Program-made: the position numbers and the translations under genes
Assembly: GCA_963741955.1 (NCBI GenBank)
Contig: CAVUKB010000010.1
Coordinates: forward strand, 32,001 to 96,000
Origin: an uncultured Acidobacteriota bacterium
GTDB lineage: Bacteria; Acidobacteriota; Thermoanaerobaculia; Gp7-AA8
Length of the DNA: 64,000 nucleotides
Direction of reading: 5' to 3'
In this document: positions 37,806-50,502 of the stretch, piece after piece
Layout of the letters: every line of letters begins with the position of its first letter
Position numbering within the stretch: position 1 is the stretch's first letter
Notes under the pieces: generated by a model
What the model was told of the DNA's origin: nothing
Databases searched by the model: none
The model's input: only the letters and a program-made list of their open reading frames with translations

Positions 37806-39939
37806 TGTCGGCACCTTGTCGTCGGATTCGGTTGATCTCCGTGAGCTCTGAACCGGTGAGCTCGTCGCGCTGGATCTGCTCGAGCGTCAGACGAGTCCGA
37901 AAACGCCAGTTCGGGCGTTCGGAGGTCGTCGTCGGGATGTTCTGTGACTCCGTCTCGAGCCACAGATCCTCCAGATTGAGCAGTACGACTCCCGCACGGC
38001 TTCCGGCGAGGAAGCGGTGTGCAGCACGTGTGACCTCGAGGACATCCGTTGCCCCCGGGCGGAGTACCTGACGTTCATGCAAGATGCGGGTCAGAGTGGT
38101 CTGGATCGCTTCTCGCCGCTGGCGTAGCGACTCGGCTTTCGCTGACGTGATCATCCGAAGCTCGAGCCGCTCGTCGATGTCGTTTCCGTTCCAGAAGGCG
38201 GTGAACGGCGGCATGTCGTGATTGTTGAGGCTGGCGACCATGTTCGGCGTGATCTCCCCCGGAGGATCGTCGAGGACGTGAGTCATCTGACGCTGGAGGA
38301 CGAACAATCTCCGGAAGCCGCGGCGGTCCATCTTCGTCCGAACGTACGAGGGGACGGTGCCGAGGTCCTCGCCGATGACTTGCGCACGGGAGCGGTGCGA
38401 TTCGATGTTGAAGATCGCGTAAAGCTCCCGCGCGCGGTAGCGGACGTACGCGCCGGCCGATGGCGGCATCCCCTCCGGGATCCAGTACAGCCGGTGCAGA
38501 CCCATCACGTGATCGATCCTGAGCATTCCCGCGTGACGCATCTGATGTCGAACGCAATCGATGAGGTGAGAATAGCCGTCCTCCCGAATCGCGTCCGGGT
38601 CGAGAGGAGGAAATCCCCAGTTCTGGCCGGACGCATACGAGATGTCGGGGGGAGCTCCGACCGACGCGGTATCGGCGAAGAGCGACGGAAACCGCCACAC
38701 GTCGAACGCATCGGGGTGCGTTCCGAGTGGAAAATCGAGATAGAGACGGACCCCGTGCTCCGCCGCGGCTGACGCGGTGGCGGCCAGCTGCTCTGCGGCG
38801 ATCCATTGCACGAACAGATGCAGCCTTTCGACGGCCGGATCGAAGTCCGTCTCGCGCAAGTCGCCTCTCCGGAGCCGCTCCGGCCAGGCCCGCCACCCTT
38901 CGCCACGCCGCTCGACGACGGCGCGGAATCGGGCATAGTCGCGGAGGTAGGGCCGTGATGCGATGAAGCTTTCGTACGCCTCGCGTTCTGCGACGTCGTT
39001 CCCGAAAAACCAGGTTGCGAGCGCCTCGAGAACTTCGCGCTTTCGCTCGTACGTCGTCCGATAGTCGATCTCTCTCTCCTCATCGGACACCCGGGAAGTG
39101 CGACCTCCCGGTTGGAGCAGCCGGCGGGCGGGATCGCATGCTTCGATGAACGGGATCCGGTCGAGATCGATGTAGATCTCGTTCCAGAAGAGACGCGAAA
39201 CGGGCGAGTAAGGGCTCGGATCGAACGGCTCCTGAAGATATGCGGGGAGCAGCGGCAACGTTCCGACGAACGAAGCGCCGTGTCTGCCGGCGTATGCGGC
39301 CAATGTCTCTGCATCACCGAAGTCGCCGATTCCGAAGCCGTCCCGATGGTGGAGAGCGTAGATCGGAACGAAAACGCCCCACGCGCCACGATCGGAGCCG
39401 GGGTCAGGTGTCCACGCGCGGCGAGGAGCCGATAAGATCGCGGCACGAAATTCGTTTCCGCCGAGCTCGAGTCGGACCCGATGATAACCGGGAGGAAGAT
39501 CGCCCACCGGAACCGCTTTGATGACCTGCCTCGACGTCGGATCACGGTGCCGGCGGAGAGGCGCGAGCCGGCCGAGATCGAGATCCAGCGTCTGTCGCCC
39601 CCCATCTTCGAGTTGAATCTCGAGCGAAGCCTTCTTCCGTGACGTGCGCGGGTCCAGACGGAGGTTGAGCGAGCACTCGCGTCCCGTCCACGCCACGTTG
39701 ACCGGTTCGATCACGCGGCCCGAAGCGGCGGACCGGCGCAACGCGATGGCTTCCATCACATCGGTCTCGCTGCGAAGGGCGACGCCCCGCGCTCTGAGAA
39801 TGCCGAAGATCGTCTCGGCTCCCGCCTCGATCCGGTTCCCGAACACGTTCGTGTACACGGTCTGGATCGAATAGAGCGAAGCGAGCTCGCGGAGAGCCGG
39901 CGAGGGACGTCTCTCCGGAGTCCATGATCTCGTGCTCAT
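37729..39939 (-). CDS. malQ: 4-alpha-glucanotransferase (long type)
   Basis: [54 protein letters not shown] and NWR motifs. Confidence 0.92.
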   Translation of the reverse strand: MSTRSWTPERRPSPALRELASLYSIQTVYTNVFGNRIEAGAETIFGILRARGVALRSETDVMEAIALRRSAASGRVIEPVNVAWTGRECSLNLRLDPRTSRKKASLEIQLEDGGRQTLDLDLGRLAPLRRHRDPTSRQVIKAVPVGDLPPGYHRVRLELGGNEFRAAILSAPRRAWTPDPGSDRGAWGVFVPIYALHHRDGFGIGDFGDAETLAAYAGRHGASFVGTLPLLPAYLQEPFDPSPYSPVSRLFWNEIYIDLDRIPFIEACDPARRLLQPGGRTSRVSDEEREIDYRTTYERKREVLEALATWFFGNDVAEREAYESFIASRPYLRDYARFRAVVERRGEGWRAWPERLRRGDLRETDFDPAVERLHLFVQWIAAEQLAATASAAAEHGVRLYLDFPLGTHPDAFDVWRFPSLFADTASVGAPPDISYASGQNWGFPPLDPDAIREDGYSHLIDCVRHQMRHAGMLRIDHVMGLHRLYWIPEGMPPSAGAYVRYRARELYAIFNIESHRSRAQVIGEDLGTVPSYVRTKMDRRGFRRLFVLQRQMTHVLDDPPGEITPNMVASLNNHDMPPFTAFWNGNDIDERLELRMITSAKAESLRQRREAIQTTLTRILHERQVLRPGATDVLEVTRAAHRFLAGSRAGVVLLNLEDLWLETESQNIPTTTSERPNWRFRTRLTLEQIQRDELTGSELTEINRIRRQGADNDRRATRFSREQPREGSTTGDETER

Positions 39940-40071
39940 GAGTCCCATGCAATCACACCGGAGGCGATCACGTCGAGGAGCGGAAGCAAACGCAACGCGG
40001 CAGAGAGGCCATCATCCGCCGACCCGGCAGCGACGGTGTGAGGAATCCGGGCTTGCGCCGTCCCTCATCGC

Positions 40072-43000
40072 TCATGGTTCCGTCCCGAGGAGCTGGAGAA
40101 TGCCCCGAAGCGGGATCTCCACCCATTCCGGCCGGTTGTTCAGCTCGTAGCCGAGCTCGTACATCGCCTTTTCGAGGAGGTACGAGTCGAGCAGAATTTC
40201 CAACTGCTCGGGCGCGCTCGGAATGATTCCGCTATCCGCCGTCGCTTCGATGTAGGACCGCAGGTAGATGGCGCTGACCCAGCGGTGCCAGAAGCGGGCG
40301 GAGGGTTCGACGATGGAAACGTCTTCGACGCGAAGGCTGACGCCCGGCGCGCGACCGAGGAGGACTGCATACGGCGCGTAGTGGAACGAGCGCAGCATCC
40401 CCGAGACGTCGCGAAGAGGACTCCGCTTGATGCGACGCTCGCCGATCGGCCGGCTCGGCTCTCCTTCGAAGTCGATGATGATGAAGTCCTTTCCGGTGTG
40501 GAGGACCTGACCGAGGTGGTAGTCGCCGTGGACGCGCGTTCGGAGGGCCTTGATCTTCTGGTCGGCGATCCTGCGGAAGCGGGCGAGAAGGTCCGATTCG
40601 TTCTCGAGCAGTGTCTCGGCGAGGATGCGGGCGGTCTCGGGGAGTGTACGAACGCACTTCCTGAGCATCTGAACGGCGCTGATGGCCTGTCCGCGCATGT
40701 GCTGGTAGATGGAGCGCTGGTAGAAGGGCGTGAACGGTTCAGGAGCGAAATCGGGATCATCATTGCGTGAGGCGAGCGCCGAATGCATCTCGCCGGTCCG
40801 CCGGCCGAGGAGCTCCGCATCGCTGGCGAATTGCGCCAGGGCCGAGACCACGTGCTCGGGCAGCGGCATCTCGGCGAGTTGCAGGAGCGGCTCGGTGGGT
40901 ATTCGCGTCGTGGGGATCCCGATCTCCTCCCGTTCGCTGAGGACGCGGTCGAAGAATCGTCCGAGCTCGTCGAGGGTGTACCGCCACGCATCGCCGCCGT
41001 TGGGGACGAACTGTTGCAGCATCGCCAGGGTTGCCGGTTCACCCTTCTTCTTCGGTACGTACTCCAGACCGCCGGCGAGAGGAGCGATGTGCCGGAAATT
41101 CGTCTTGTCCATCAGGAAGCGGGTCACTTCGAAATCGACGTTGATCCCTCGCTCGACCCGGCGGAAGAGTTTGAGGAAGAGACTGTCGCCGTAAATCAAG
41201 GCGGTGTTGCTCTGCTCGGCCCGCAGAAGCGTCGGCTCGAGGTTCTCGCCGGCGGCGTCGACGATCTTCTTCAGATTCGGCCGGCGGACGGCGCGTACTT
41301 CGCCGTGCAGTCCCTTGAGCTGGCGGCGGGATCGGATTGCGTTGAGGAGGGCGTGCTCGAAATCCTTCTCGGCGATCGGCTCGTAGAGAATTCCTTCCCG
41401 CCCACGTCCCTGCAGCCGTGCCACGATCAGATCCGGCATCTCGACCGAAATGCGATGCGACTCTTCGCCGGTGGCGATCGCGAGCGGAAGCACGTAGAAG
41501 TCGCTCGTCCCTTCCACGTAGTCGACGCGGACGATGGTGAGATCCGCCGCGGTTCCCGGAACGTCGATCGCTTCCACGATCTCGGCGCCCTTGAGCCCTC
41601 GTGCCTTTCCTCCGAACCAGCGACGTGACTGGAAATAGCCGATCAGCCCTTCGCGTAGTTCAGCCGCGTGAGGCACGAGAATCTCCTCCCAATTCTCGGC
41701 GGAGATGATCGGGATGGCTCTGGCCGCGCCGGGCATCAGTTCGGGCCGGGCTTCCAGGTTCCGCAGAGCGAACCAGTAGAAGCCGTGCGGGCCCAGGGTG
41801 AGGAAGTAGGGGAGGGTACCGATCTCCGGGAAGTGAGTCTGTCCGAAGAGCTCCACCGGAGTCATGCCCCGGTACCGGGACATGTCGAGCTCGATGTACT
41901 GAACGAAGCGGGAGAGGTTCGCAACCACGAGGATCGTCTCGTCTTCCCACGTGCGGACGAAGGTGAGGACCTTCCGGTTCTCGGGATGGAGAAACTCGAG
42001 CGCTCCGCGTCCGAATGCCTTGTACCGCTTTCTCAGGTCGATCAGCCGTTTCATCCACCAGAGAAGTGATTGCGGGTTGTTCTGCTGTGATTCGACGTTC
42101 ACTGCCTCGTAGTGGTACTCCGGATCGATGATCACCGGAAGAAAGAGTCGCTGCGGATTGGCTCTGGAGAATCCCGCATTGCGATCGGGGCTCCACTGCA
42201 TCGGAGTCCTGACCCCGTGCCGGTCGCCGAGATAGATGTTGTCCCCCATCCCGATCTCGTCGCCGTAGTAAATGATCGGTGTTCCGGGAAACGAGAAGAG
42301 GAGCGCGTTCATCAGCTCGATTCTCTTTCTCTGGTTTCCGAGGAGGGGTGCGAGGCGACGGCGGATGCCGAGATTGATCCGTGCCTGACGGTCCTCCGCA
42401 TACGCACGGTACATGTAGTCGCGATCTTCGTCGGTCACCATCTCGAGTGTGAGCTCGTCGTGATTGCGGAGAAAGACTGCCCACTGAGAGTTCTCCGGGA
42501 TGTCCGGTGTCTGCTGCATGATGTCGACGATGGGATAGCGGTCCTCCATCGCCACGCTCATGAAGAGGCGCGGCATCAACGGGAAGTGGAATGCGACGTG
42601 GCATTCGTCTCCTTCGCCGAAGTACTGCCTCGCATCGTCGGGCCACTGGTTCGCTTCGGCCAGAAGCATCCGGTTTTTGAATCTGTCGTCGACGTGTCGC
42701 CGGAGTCGTTTGAGGAATTCGTGGGTCTCAGGAAGATTTTCGCAGCTGGTTCCCTCGCGCTCATAGAGATACGGGATTGCATCCAGACGGAGCCCGTCGA
42801 CTCCCATCCCCATCCAGAGATCGAGCGTCTGCAGGACCGCCTTTGTCACTGCAGGGTTGTCGAAGTTGAGGTCCGGTTGATGGCCGTAGAAGCGGTGCCA
42901 GTAGTAGGCCTGTGCAACCGGATCCCAGGCCCAGTTCGACGTCTCGAAATCCTTGAAGATGATCCGTGCTTCGTTGTAGCGCTCGGGAGTGTCGCTCCAG

Positions 43001-43416
43001 ACGTAGAAGTTCCGCCATGCAGAGCCGGGTGCGGAACGGCGGGAACGCTGGAACCACGGATGCTGGTCCGAGGTGTGGTTGATGACGAGCTCGGTGACCA
43101 CGCGGAGACCGCGGCGATGCGCTTCGTTCAGGAACGTGCGGAAATCGCGCATCGAACCGTAGTTGGGGTGGATGCCACTGTAGGAAGCAATGTCGTACCC
43201 ATCGTCCTTCATCGGAGAGGGATAGAAGGGGAGGAGCCAGAGCGTGGTAACCCCGAGGTTTTCGAGGTAGTCGAGCTTTTCGGTCAGACCGACGAAGTCA
43301 CCGATGCCGTCTCCGTCGCTGTCGTAGAACGCCTTGATGTGGAGCTGATAGATGACCGCGTCTTTGTACCAGAGCGGATCGTCGGAGATTTGAGAGATCT
43401 TCTTCTTTGCGGCCAT
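40072..43416 (-). CDS. treS: Trehalose synthase / maltokinase fusion (TreS-Mak)
   Basis: WYKDAVIY, YWHRF-HQPDLN, RLDAIPYL and FLRNHDELTLEMV motifs; C-terminal kinase with AEQSNT, HGDYHLGQVL and DFEGEP. Confidence 0.96.
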   Translation of the reverse strand: MAAKKKISQISDDPLWYKDAVIYQLHIKAFYDSDGDGIGDFVGLTEKLDYLENLGVTTLWLLPFYPSPMKDDGYDIASYSGIHPNYGSMRDFRTFLNEAHRRGLRVVTELVINHTSDQHPWFQRSRRSAPGSAWRNFYVWSDTPERYNEARIIFKDFETSNWAWDPVAQAYYWHRFYGHQPDLNFDNPAVTKAVLQTLDLWMGMGVDGLRLDAIPYLYEREGTSCENLPETHEFLKRLRRHVDDRFKNRMLLAEANQWPDDARQYFGEGDECHVAFHFPLMPRLFMSVAMEDRYPIVDIMQQTPDIPENSQWAVFLRNHDELTLEMVTDEDRDYMYRAYAEDRQARINLGIRRRLAPLLGNQRKRIELMNALLFSFPGTPIIYYGDEIGMGDNIYLGDRHGVRTPMQWSPDRNAGFSRANPQRLFLPVIIDPEYHYEAVNVESQQNNPQSLLWWMKRLIDLRKRYKAFGRGALEFLHPENRKVLTFVRTWEDETILVVANLSRFVQYIELDMSRYRGMTPVELFGQTHFPEIGTLPYFLTLGPHGFYWFALRNLEARPELMPGAARAIPIISAENWEEILVPHAAELREGLIGYFQSRRWFGGKARGLKGAEIVEAIDVPGTAADLTIVRVDYVEGTSDFYVLPLAIATGEESHRISVEMPDLIVARLQGRGREGILYEPIAEKDFEHALLNAIRSRRQLKGLHGEVRAVRRPNLKKIVDAAGENLEPTLLRAEQSNTALIYGDSLFLKLFRRVERGINVDFEVTRFLMDKTNFRHIAPLAGGLEYVPKKKGEPATLAMLQQFVPNGGDAWRYTLDELGRFFDRVLSEREEIGIPTTRIPTEPLLQLAEMPLPEHVVSALAQFASDAELLGRRTGEMHSALASRNDDPDFAPEPFTPFYQRSIYQHMRGQAISAVQMLRKCVRTLPETARILAETLLENESDLLARFRRIADQKIKALRTRVHGDYHLGQVLHTGKDFIIIDFEGEPSRPIGERRIKRSPLRDVSGMLRSFHYAPYAVLLGRAPGVSLRVEDVSIVEPSARFWHRWVSAIYLRSYIEATADSGIIPSAPEQLEILLDSYLLEKAMYELGYELNNRPEWVEIPLRGILQLLGTEP

Positions 43417-43440
43417 CGACTTGTGAGTGCTCCTTGGTGA

Positions 43441-45444
43441 TCACATGTAATAGTCGAAATCGCGCTCGCTGCGGACGCGGCGCCGGATGCGGAAGATCCT
43501 TCCGGGGACCACCTGCGGATCGATGTTCAGGTGATGCCAGCCGGCAGGCCAGGTGAATCGCGCGTTGGTGAGGAGATCGTGGACCTGGATCGGCTCGGCC
43601 GAGCCCTCCTTCAGTTCTTCGAAGGAAAAGTCGATGTCACCCCCCTGAGTGTTCCACGGATCGAGATTGACCACGACGTAGATGACATTCGACCCGTCGT
43701 GGGACGACTTGCTGTAGCAGATGATGTGATCGTTCGACGTCTCGTGGAACCGCAGCGTCGCGTTCGAGTGAAGGGCCGGGTTTTCGCGCCTGATCCGGTT
43801 CACCAGCGCGATCAACTCCCGGAGCGACTGCGGCTGATCGAGATCCCAGTTCCGGATCTCGTACTTCTCTGAATCGAGGTACTCCTCGCTTCCCTGTTCG
43901 CGAGGCTGCGAGACGAGCAGCTCGAAGAGTGGTCCGTAGATGCCGTAGTTCGACGAAAGCGTCGCGGCGAGAATCAGCCGGCTCATGAACATCGGGCGAC
44001 CGCCCCACTGCAGCGGTTCCGGAAGAATGTCCGGCGTGTTGGGCCACGCGTTCGGCCGGAAGAACTCTCCCACTTCGGTGCGGGTCAGCTCGGTGAAATA
44101 GCGGGTGAGCTCCCACTTCGTGTTTCTCCACGTGAAGTAGGTGTAGGACTGAGAGAATCCTGCTTTGGCGAGGTGATACATCACGCGCGGCCGGGTGAAC
44201 GCCTCCGCCAGGAAGATCACCTCCGGATCACGCTTCCGGACCTCCGCGATCACCCATTCCCAGAAAGGGAGCGGCTTGGTGTGGGGATTGTCGACCCGGA
44301 AGATCCGCACCCCTTCTCCCAGCCAGTAGAGAAAGACGTCCCGAAGCTCTCCCCACAGTGTCTCCCACTGTTCGGATTCGAAGTCGAACGGGTAGATGTC
44401 CTGGTATTTCTTCGGCGGATTCTCGGCGTACTGCACGGTCTCGTCGGGGCGCCACCGGAACCATTCCGGGTGCTGCTCGACCCACGGATGATCGGGAGAG
44501 GCCTGGAAGGCGATGTCGAGCGCGATCTCGATCCCTTTCTCACCGGCGCTCCGGACCAGTGACCGGAAGTCCTCCAGAGTGCCGAGCTCCGGATGAATCG
44601 CGGTGTGACCCCCGCTCTCCGATCCGATCGCCCACGGACTCCCGGGATCGGCCGGCGCGGGGTCGAGGGAATTGTTTCTCCCTTTTCTCCACGATCTGCC
44701 GATCGGATGAATGGGAGGAAGGTAGAGGACGTCGAACCCCATTCCCGCAATGTAGGGAAGCCGGGCCTCCATGTCGCGGAACGTTCCATGCCGTCCCGTC
44801 TCGGGTGACGCCGAACGGGGGAACATCTCGTACCAGCTGCTGAACCCCGCCCTCGGGCGCTCGACGAGAACGTCGAGGCATCGCGCGTAGCGCGTTGCGA
44901 GGCGGCGATCGGGAACCTTCTTCATCAACGAGACGAGTTGCTCGTCGAACACCGCGGCGATCTTCCGTTCGCGTCCCGCATCGCTGCGGAGGAGCTCGAC
45001 GTATTCGCGCATCCGGTGCTGGTCGAACTCCTTCGAGCGGCGGGCCGCCGCGTCGATCATCCGTGCACCGATCTCGAAGTGGACCGTGAGGTCGGGCTCG
45101 TCCGCCTCGGACCGCTTCTGCAGATCGCGGTACCAGCCGAGGAAATGGTCGATCCAGGCCTCGAGGGTGTACTCCCAGATTCCGACTCGCGAAACGACGA
45201 AATCGGCTACCCAGCGATCCGGGACGGCAGGAGAACGCCGGGAGAGCGAAACCTCCTGCCAGGAAGACTCTCCCTTCGGCCGGTAGAGGAGGACACCTGA
45301 AACGATGTCGTGGCCGTCCGTGAAGACGTCCGCTTCCACCGTGACGCGCTCGCCGGTGACTCTTTTGACCGGAAAGCGGCCGCAGTCGATCTCCGGGGTC
45401 ACCGCTTCGATGATGACGCGCCTCCTGCCGTCGAAATCGACCAT
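43441..45444 (-). CDS. glgE: Alpha-1,4-glucan:maltose-1-phosphate maltosyltransferase
   Basis: WYEMFPRS, YLPPIHPIG, YAENPPKKYQDIY, FRVDNPHTKP, FLAEAFTRP and NTPDIL motifs. Confidence 0.96.
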   Translation of the reverse strand: MVDFDGRRRVIIEAVTPEIDCGRFPVKRVTGERVTVEADVFTDGHDIVSGVLLYRPKGESSWQEVSLSRRSPAVPDRWVADFVVSRVGIWEYTLEAWIDHFLGWYRDLQKRSEADEPDLTVHFEIGARMIDAAARRSKEFDQHRMREYVELLRSDAGRERKIAAVFDEQLVSLMKKVPDRRLATRYARCLDVLVERPRAGFSSWYEMFPRSASPETGRHGTFRDMEARLPYIAGMGFDVLYLPPIHPIGRSWRKGRNNSLDPAPADPGSPWAIGSESGGHTAIHPELGTLEDFRSLVRSAGEKGIEIALDIAFQASPDHPWVEQHPEWFRWRPDETVQYAENPPKKYQDIYPFDFESEQWETLWGELRDVFLYWLGEGVRIFRVDNPHTKPLPFWEWVIAEVRKRDPEVIFLAEAFTRPRVMYHLAKAGFSQSYTYFTWRNTKWELTRYFTELTRTEVGEFFRPNAWPNTPDILPEPLQWGGRPMFMSRLILAATLSSNYGIYGPLFELLVSQPREQGSEEYLDSEKYEIRNWDLDQPQSLRELIALVNRIRRENPALHSNATLRFHETSNDHIICYSKSSHDGSNVIYVVVNLDPWNTQGGDIDFSFEELKEGSAEPIQVHDLLTNARFTWPAGWHHLNIDPQVVPGRIFRIRRRVRSERDFDYYM

Positions 45445-45639
45445 CAGATACGGCTCCTCCTGACTGTTCGAGCTGAGATTGCGGGCCAGACGAGGTTACG
45501 ACGAGCCCGGCGGAATGCCAAAAGTGACGTGCGAGTCTCGTGCCGCCGAATTCGGCCGGATCGCTGTATTTCCGGAGCCATTGAATGGACAACCTCTCTG
45601 AAGGAGGCCGGTAGGCGGACCCGATACCGGCGCGTGACG

Positions 45640-46614
45640 ATGTTCGGAATCGAATCGAAACTTCTGCTCCATCCCCATCACCCGCGGTCCGTTGCGGCCG
45701 GAGAGGAGTCGCGAGAAATTCGCGACGTGCAACCTCCGGCGGACCCCGCGGCCGGCAGCCGCGATGCGAAGGATCGTCGTCGCGTTGCCGTCGGCCTTTT
45801 CATGCGCCGGGTCAGGCTATGGCGCCTGCTCGCAAGCGTTCTGTTCGCGAGCTCGACCATTTTTCTTGCGAACACGATCTTTCCGTGGCTCGCAGCCCGC
45901 CTGACCTGGTCTGTGGCCGTGGCGATCGAGGCGGGCCTGGTCGCACTCCTTCTGCACATTTCGTCTTTTCCCATCGTGCGCGCGGTGCGGCATCAGATCA
46001 TCGCCACGCATCAGCTGACCGAGAAGTTCCGCGACGAGGCGACCCGTGATGCGCTGACGGATCTGCACAACCGGAGGTTCTTCGACGACCACTTCGCGGG
46101 GGAGTTCCTTCGAGCGCGCAGATACAATCTCCGCCTCTCCATGATCCTGTTCGATCTCGATCACTTCAAGGAGCTCAACGACCGGTACGGACACCCGGTG
46201 GGAGACGCTGTCCTGCAGAGGTTTGCACGCCGGCTGGTCTTCGGGATCCGGAGGACCGACATCGTCGTGCGGCTCGGGGGAGAAGAGTTCGCGGTGATTC
46301 TGCCGGAGACGGGCATCCGCGGAGCGGCGGCGGTCGCCGAGGCATGTCGCCAGGCGTGTGCGATCACGCCGGTTCGGGTCGGGAGAATCCGTGCGCTCGA
46401 GATCCCGCTCACGGTGAGTGCGGGAGTCGCGGAGATCCGGAACGAGGATGCGAACGAGCAGCAGATCTACGCACGTGCGGACGAGTCGCTCTACATGGCG
46501 AAGAGAATCCGGAACAGGGTCTGCGCCATCGGCATACCCGGATACGACGACGACATACCGATGACCGGCGGCCAGTTCGCACCGTTGGACGACCTCGTCG
46601 CGCGGGCGGGGTGA
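45640..46614 (+). CDS. Membrane-anchored diguanylate cyclase (GGDEF)
   Basis: Two TM segments, DALTDLHNRR, DLDHFK-ND-YGH-GD, RxxD I-site (RRTD) and GGEEF active site. Start could be 45802. Confidence 0.9.
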   Translation: MFGIESKLLLHPHHPRSVAAGEESREIRDVQPPADPAAGSRDAKDRRRVAVGLFMRRVRLWRLLASVLFASSTIFLANTIFPWLAARLTWSVAVAIEAGLVALLLHISSFPIVRAVRHQIIATHQLTEKFRDEATRDALTDLHNRRFFDDHFAGEFLRARRYNLRLSMILFDLDHFKELNDRYGHPVGDAVLQRFARRLVFGIRRTDIVVRLGGEEFAVILPETGIRGAAAVAEACRQACAITPVRVGRIRALEIPLTVSAGVAEIRNEDANEQQIYARADESLYMAKRIRNRVCAIGIPGYDDDIPMTGGQFAPLDDLVARAG

Positions 46615-46724
46615 CGCGAGCGGCGGGATGTTTCTGCCGTGCAAACGGGTCCGGATCCTCGGTGCGGGAGCCTCCGTTCCGATCTCTGGTAGGATGTTCC
46701 ACTCATTCTATGCGGAGGTGGTCG

Positions 46725-46931
46725 ATGTCGGAGAAGGTCTACAAGATGGTCGAGATCGTCGGTACATCGAGCGATTCGTTCGAGGCCGCGATCGAAGCGG
46801 CAGTGGGACGCTCTTCGGAGTCGCTTCACAACCTCGATTGGTTCGAAGTCGCTGAGATGCGCGGCCGGATCGAGAACAGCAAGGTCGTGCAATACCAGGT
46901 GAAAGTGAAAGTCGGGTTCCGTCTCGACTGA
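46725..46931 (+). CDS. Dodecin (flavin-binding)
   Basis: MSEKVYKMVEIVGTS...LDWFEV.E.RG...YQVKVKVGFRLD; SD GGAGG. Confidence 0.93.
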   Translation: MSEKVYKMVEIVGTSSDSFEAAIEAAVGRSSESLHNLDWFEVAEMRGRIENSKVVQYQVKVKVGFRLD

Positions 46932-46934
46932 CGG

Positions 46935-47576
46935 TCAGAACAGCTCGAGATTGCGTGCCTGGGCCGTCGAGAGACGGTCCAGGAATTCCGCGCGCGAGAT
47001 CAGACGGGCGCCGAGGCTCTGCATGTGGGGAGTCATGACCTGAATATCGATCCAGTCGAGTCCTTTGGAGGCGAGGCGATCGACGAGGAAGAGGAGCGCG
47101 AGCTTCGACGCATTCGGGAGGCGGTGGAACATGCTTTCGCCCGCGAACGTGCCGTCGACCGACACGCCGTACATCCCACCCACCAGATCCTCTCCATTCC
47201 AGACTTCCACGCTGTGGGCCCAGCCCCGCTGGTGAAAGTCGCAGTAAGCGTCGATGACGTCGGGGAAAATCCACGTCCCGTCCTGGCCGGGGCGAGGTGC
47301 CTTGGCGCAGGCGCGGATCACGGCGGGAAAATCGCGGTCGACCGTGAAGCGGAACGTATTCCGCCGCCGCGCCTTTTCGAGGCTTCGTGGAATGTGGAGA
47401 CGGTCGAATTCGAGAATGGCCCGCTTCCACGGCGAGAACCAGGTGAGCGGCAGACCCTCGATCGGCCAGGGAAAGATCCCCTTCCGGTAGGCACCGATCA
47501 GATTGCGCCAGTCGAGATCACCGCCTATCGCGACGATGTCGTTGGGCGCCTTTCGGGGATTCGGAAAGTGGATCAT
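46935..47576 (-). CDS. aat: Leucyl/phenylalanyl-tRNA--protein transferase
   Basis: AIGGDL, AYRKGIFPW, AHSVEVW, LVGGMYGV, GESMF and NASK motifs. Confidence 0.95.
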   Translation of the reverse strand: MIHFPNPRKAPNDIVAIGGDLDWRNLIGAYRKGIFPWPIEGLPLTWFSPWKRAILEFDRLHIPRSLEKARRRNTFRFTVDRDFPAVIRACAKAPRPGQDGTWIFPDVIDAYCDFHQRGWAHSVEVWNGEDLVGGMYGVSVDGTFAGESMFHRLPNASKLALLFLVDRLASKGLDWIDIQVMTPHMQSLGARLISRAEFLDRLSTAQARNLELF

Positions 47577-47683
47577 CTCGATGAACGGGCGCCGGCAGCG
47601 ATCAGCCGCCGGCGACTCACATGTTTCGATTGTGAGCCCCGGACGCGCCGGTCGCAACGCTCAGCATCACAACGGACTGTGTC

Positions 47684-49903
<2,220 letters not shown>

Positions 49904-50051
49904 GTCTTTTCGGGTCCGGGGAAGTCGCCGATCGGGCGCGTACCGGGCATCGTCTCCACGATGAACAATCTACAGCAAAGCGGTTGCCGGCGCGTTCTGA
50001 GCGCGGGCTGCAAGCGATCTGTGGTTTCCATTATCAACAATCCCGCCCAGG

Positions 50052-50366
50052 CTACTCTTCCTCCAGCGTGCAGAGCAGCGGGAACTCGTGGGCCTGGGCG
50101 AGTGCCGTCACCTGGGCGACTTTCATCTCGGCGATCTCGTACGTGAAGACACCGGCGATTCCCACCCCGCGTCGATGGACGCTGAGCATCACCTGGATCG
50201 CCTCCGGCGTCGACCGGTGAAAGATCGATTCGAGGATCTGCACGACGAAGTCCATGGTCGTGTAGTCGTCGTTGTGAAGCAGCACTTTGTAAAGGGGGGG
50301 CTTTCGGACCTTCGTCCGCTCTTCCGTCGCGACGGATTCGTCCAGCTCGTAGTCGGGAGGGAGCAT
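50052..50366 (-). CDS. clpS: Clp protease adaptor ClpS
   Basis: YKVLLHNDDYTTMDFVV...MLSVH..G...EIAEMK...FPL. Confidence 0.96.
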   Translation of the reverse strand: MLPPDYELDESVATEERTKVRKPPLYKVLLHNDDYTTMDFVVQILESIFHRSTPEAIQVMLSVHRRGVGIAGVFTYEIAEMKVAQVTALAQAHEFPLLCTLEEE

Positions 50367-50502
50367 CGCAGCCAGTCTACCTGTGCGCTTCTACCAGCGA
50401 GAACAAATCGATATTCCCTTCTGAATCGGGAGGGGCCGGCCCTGCTCGGCTTTCTTTCGGGGTCGTTGGCGCGCCCCATCGTAATTCTGTAATCTTTCGC
50501 GA

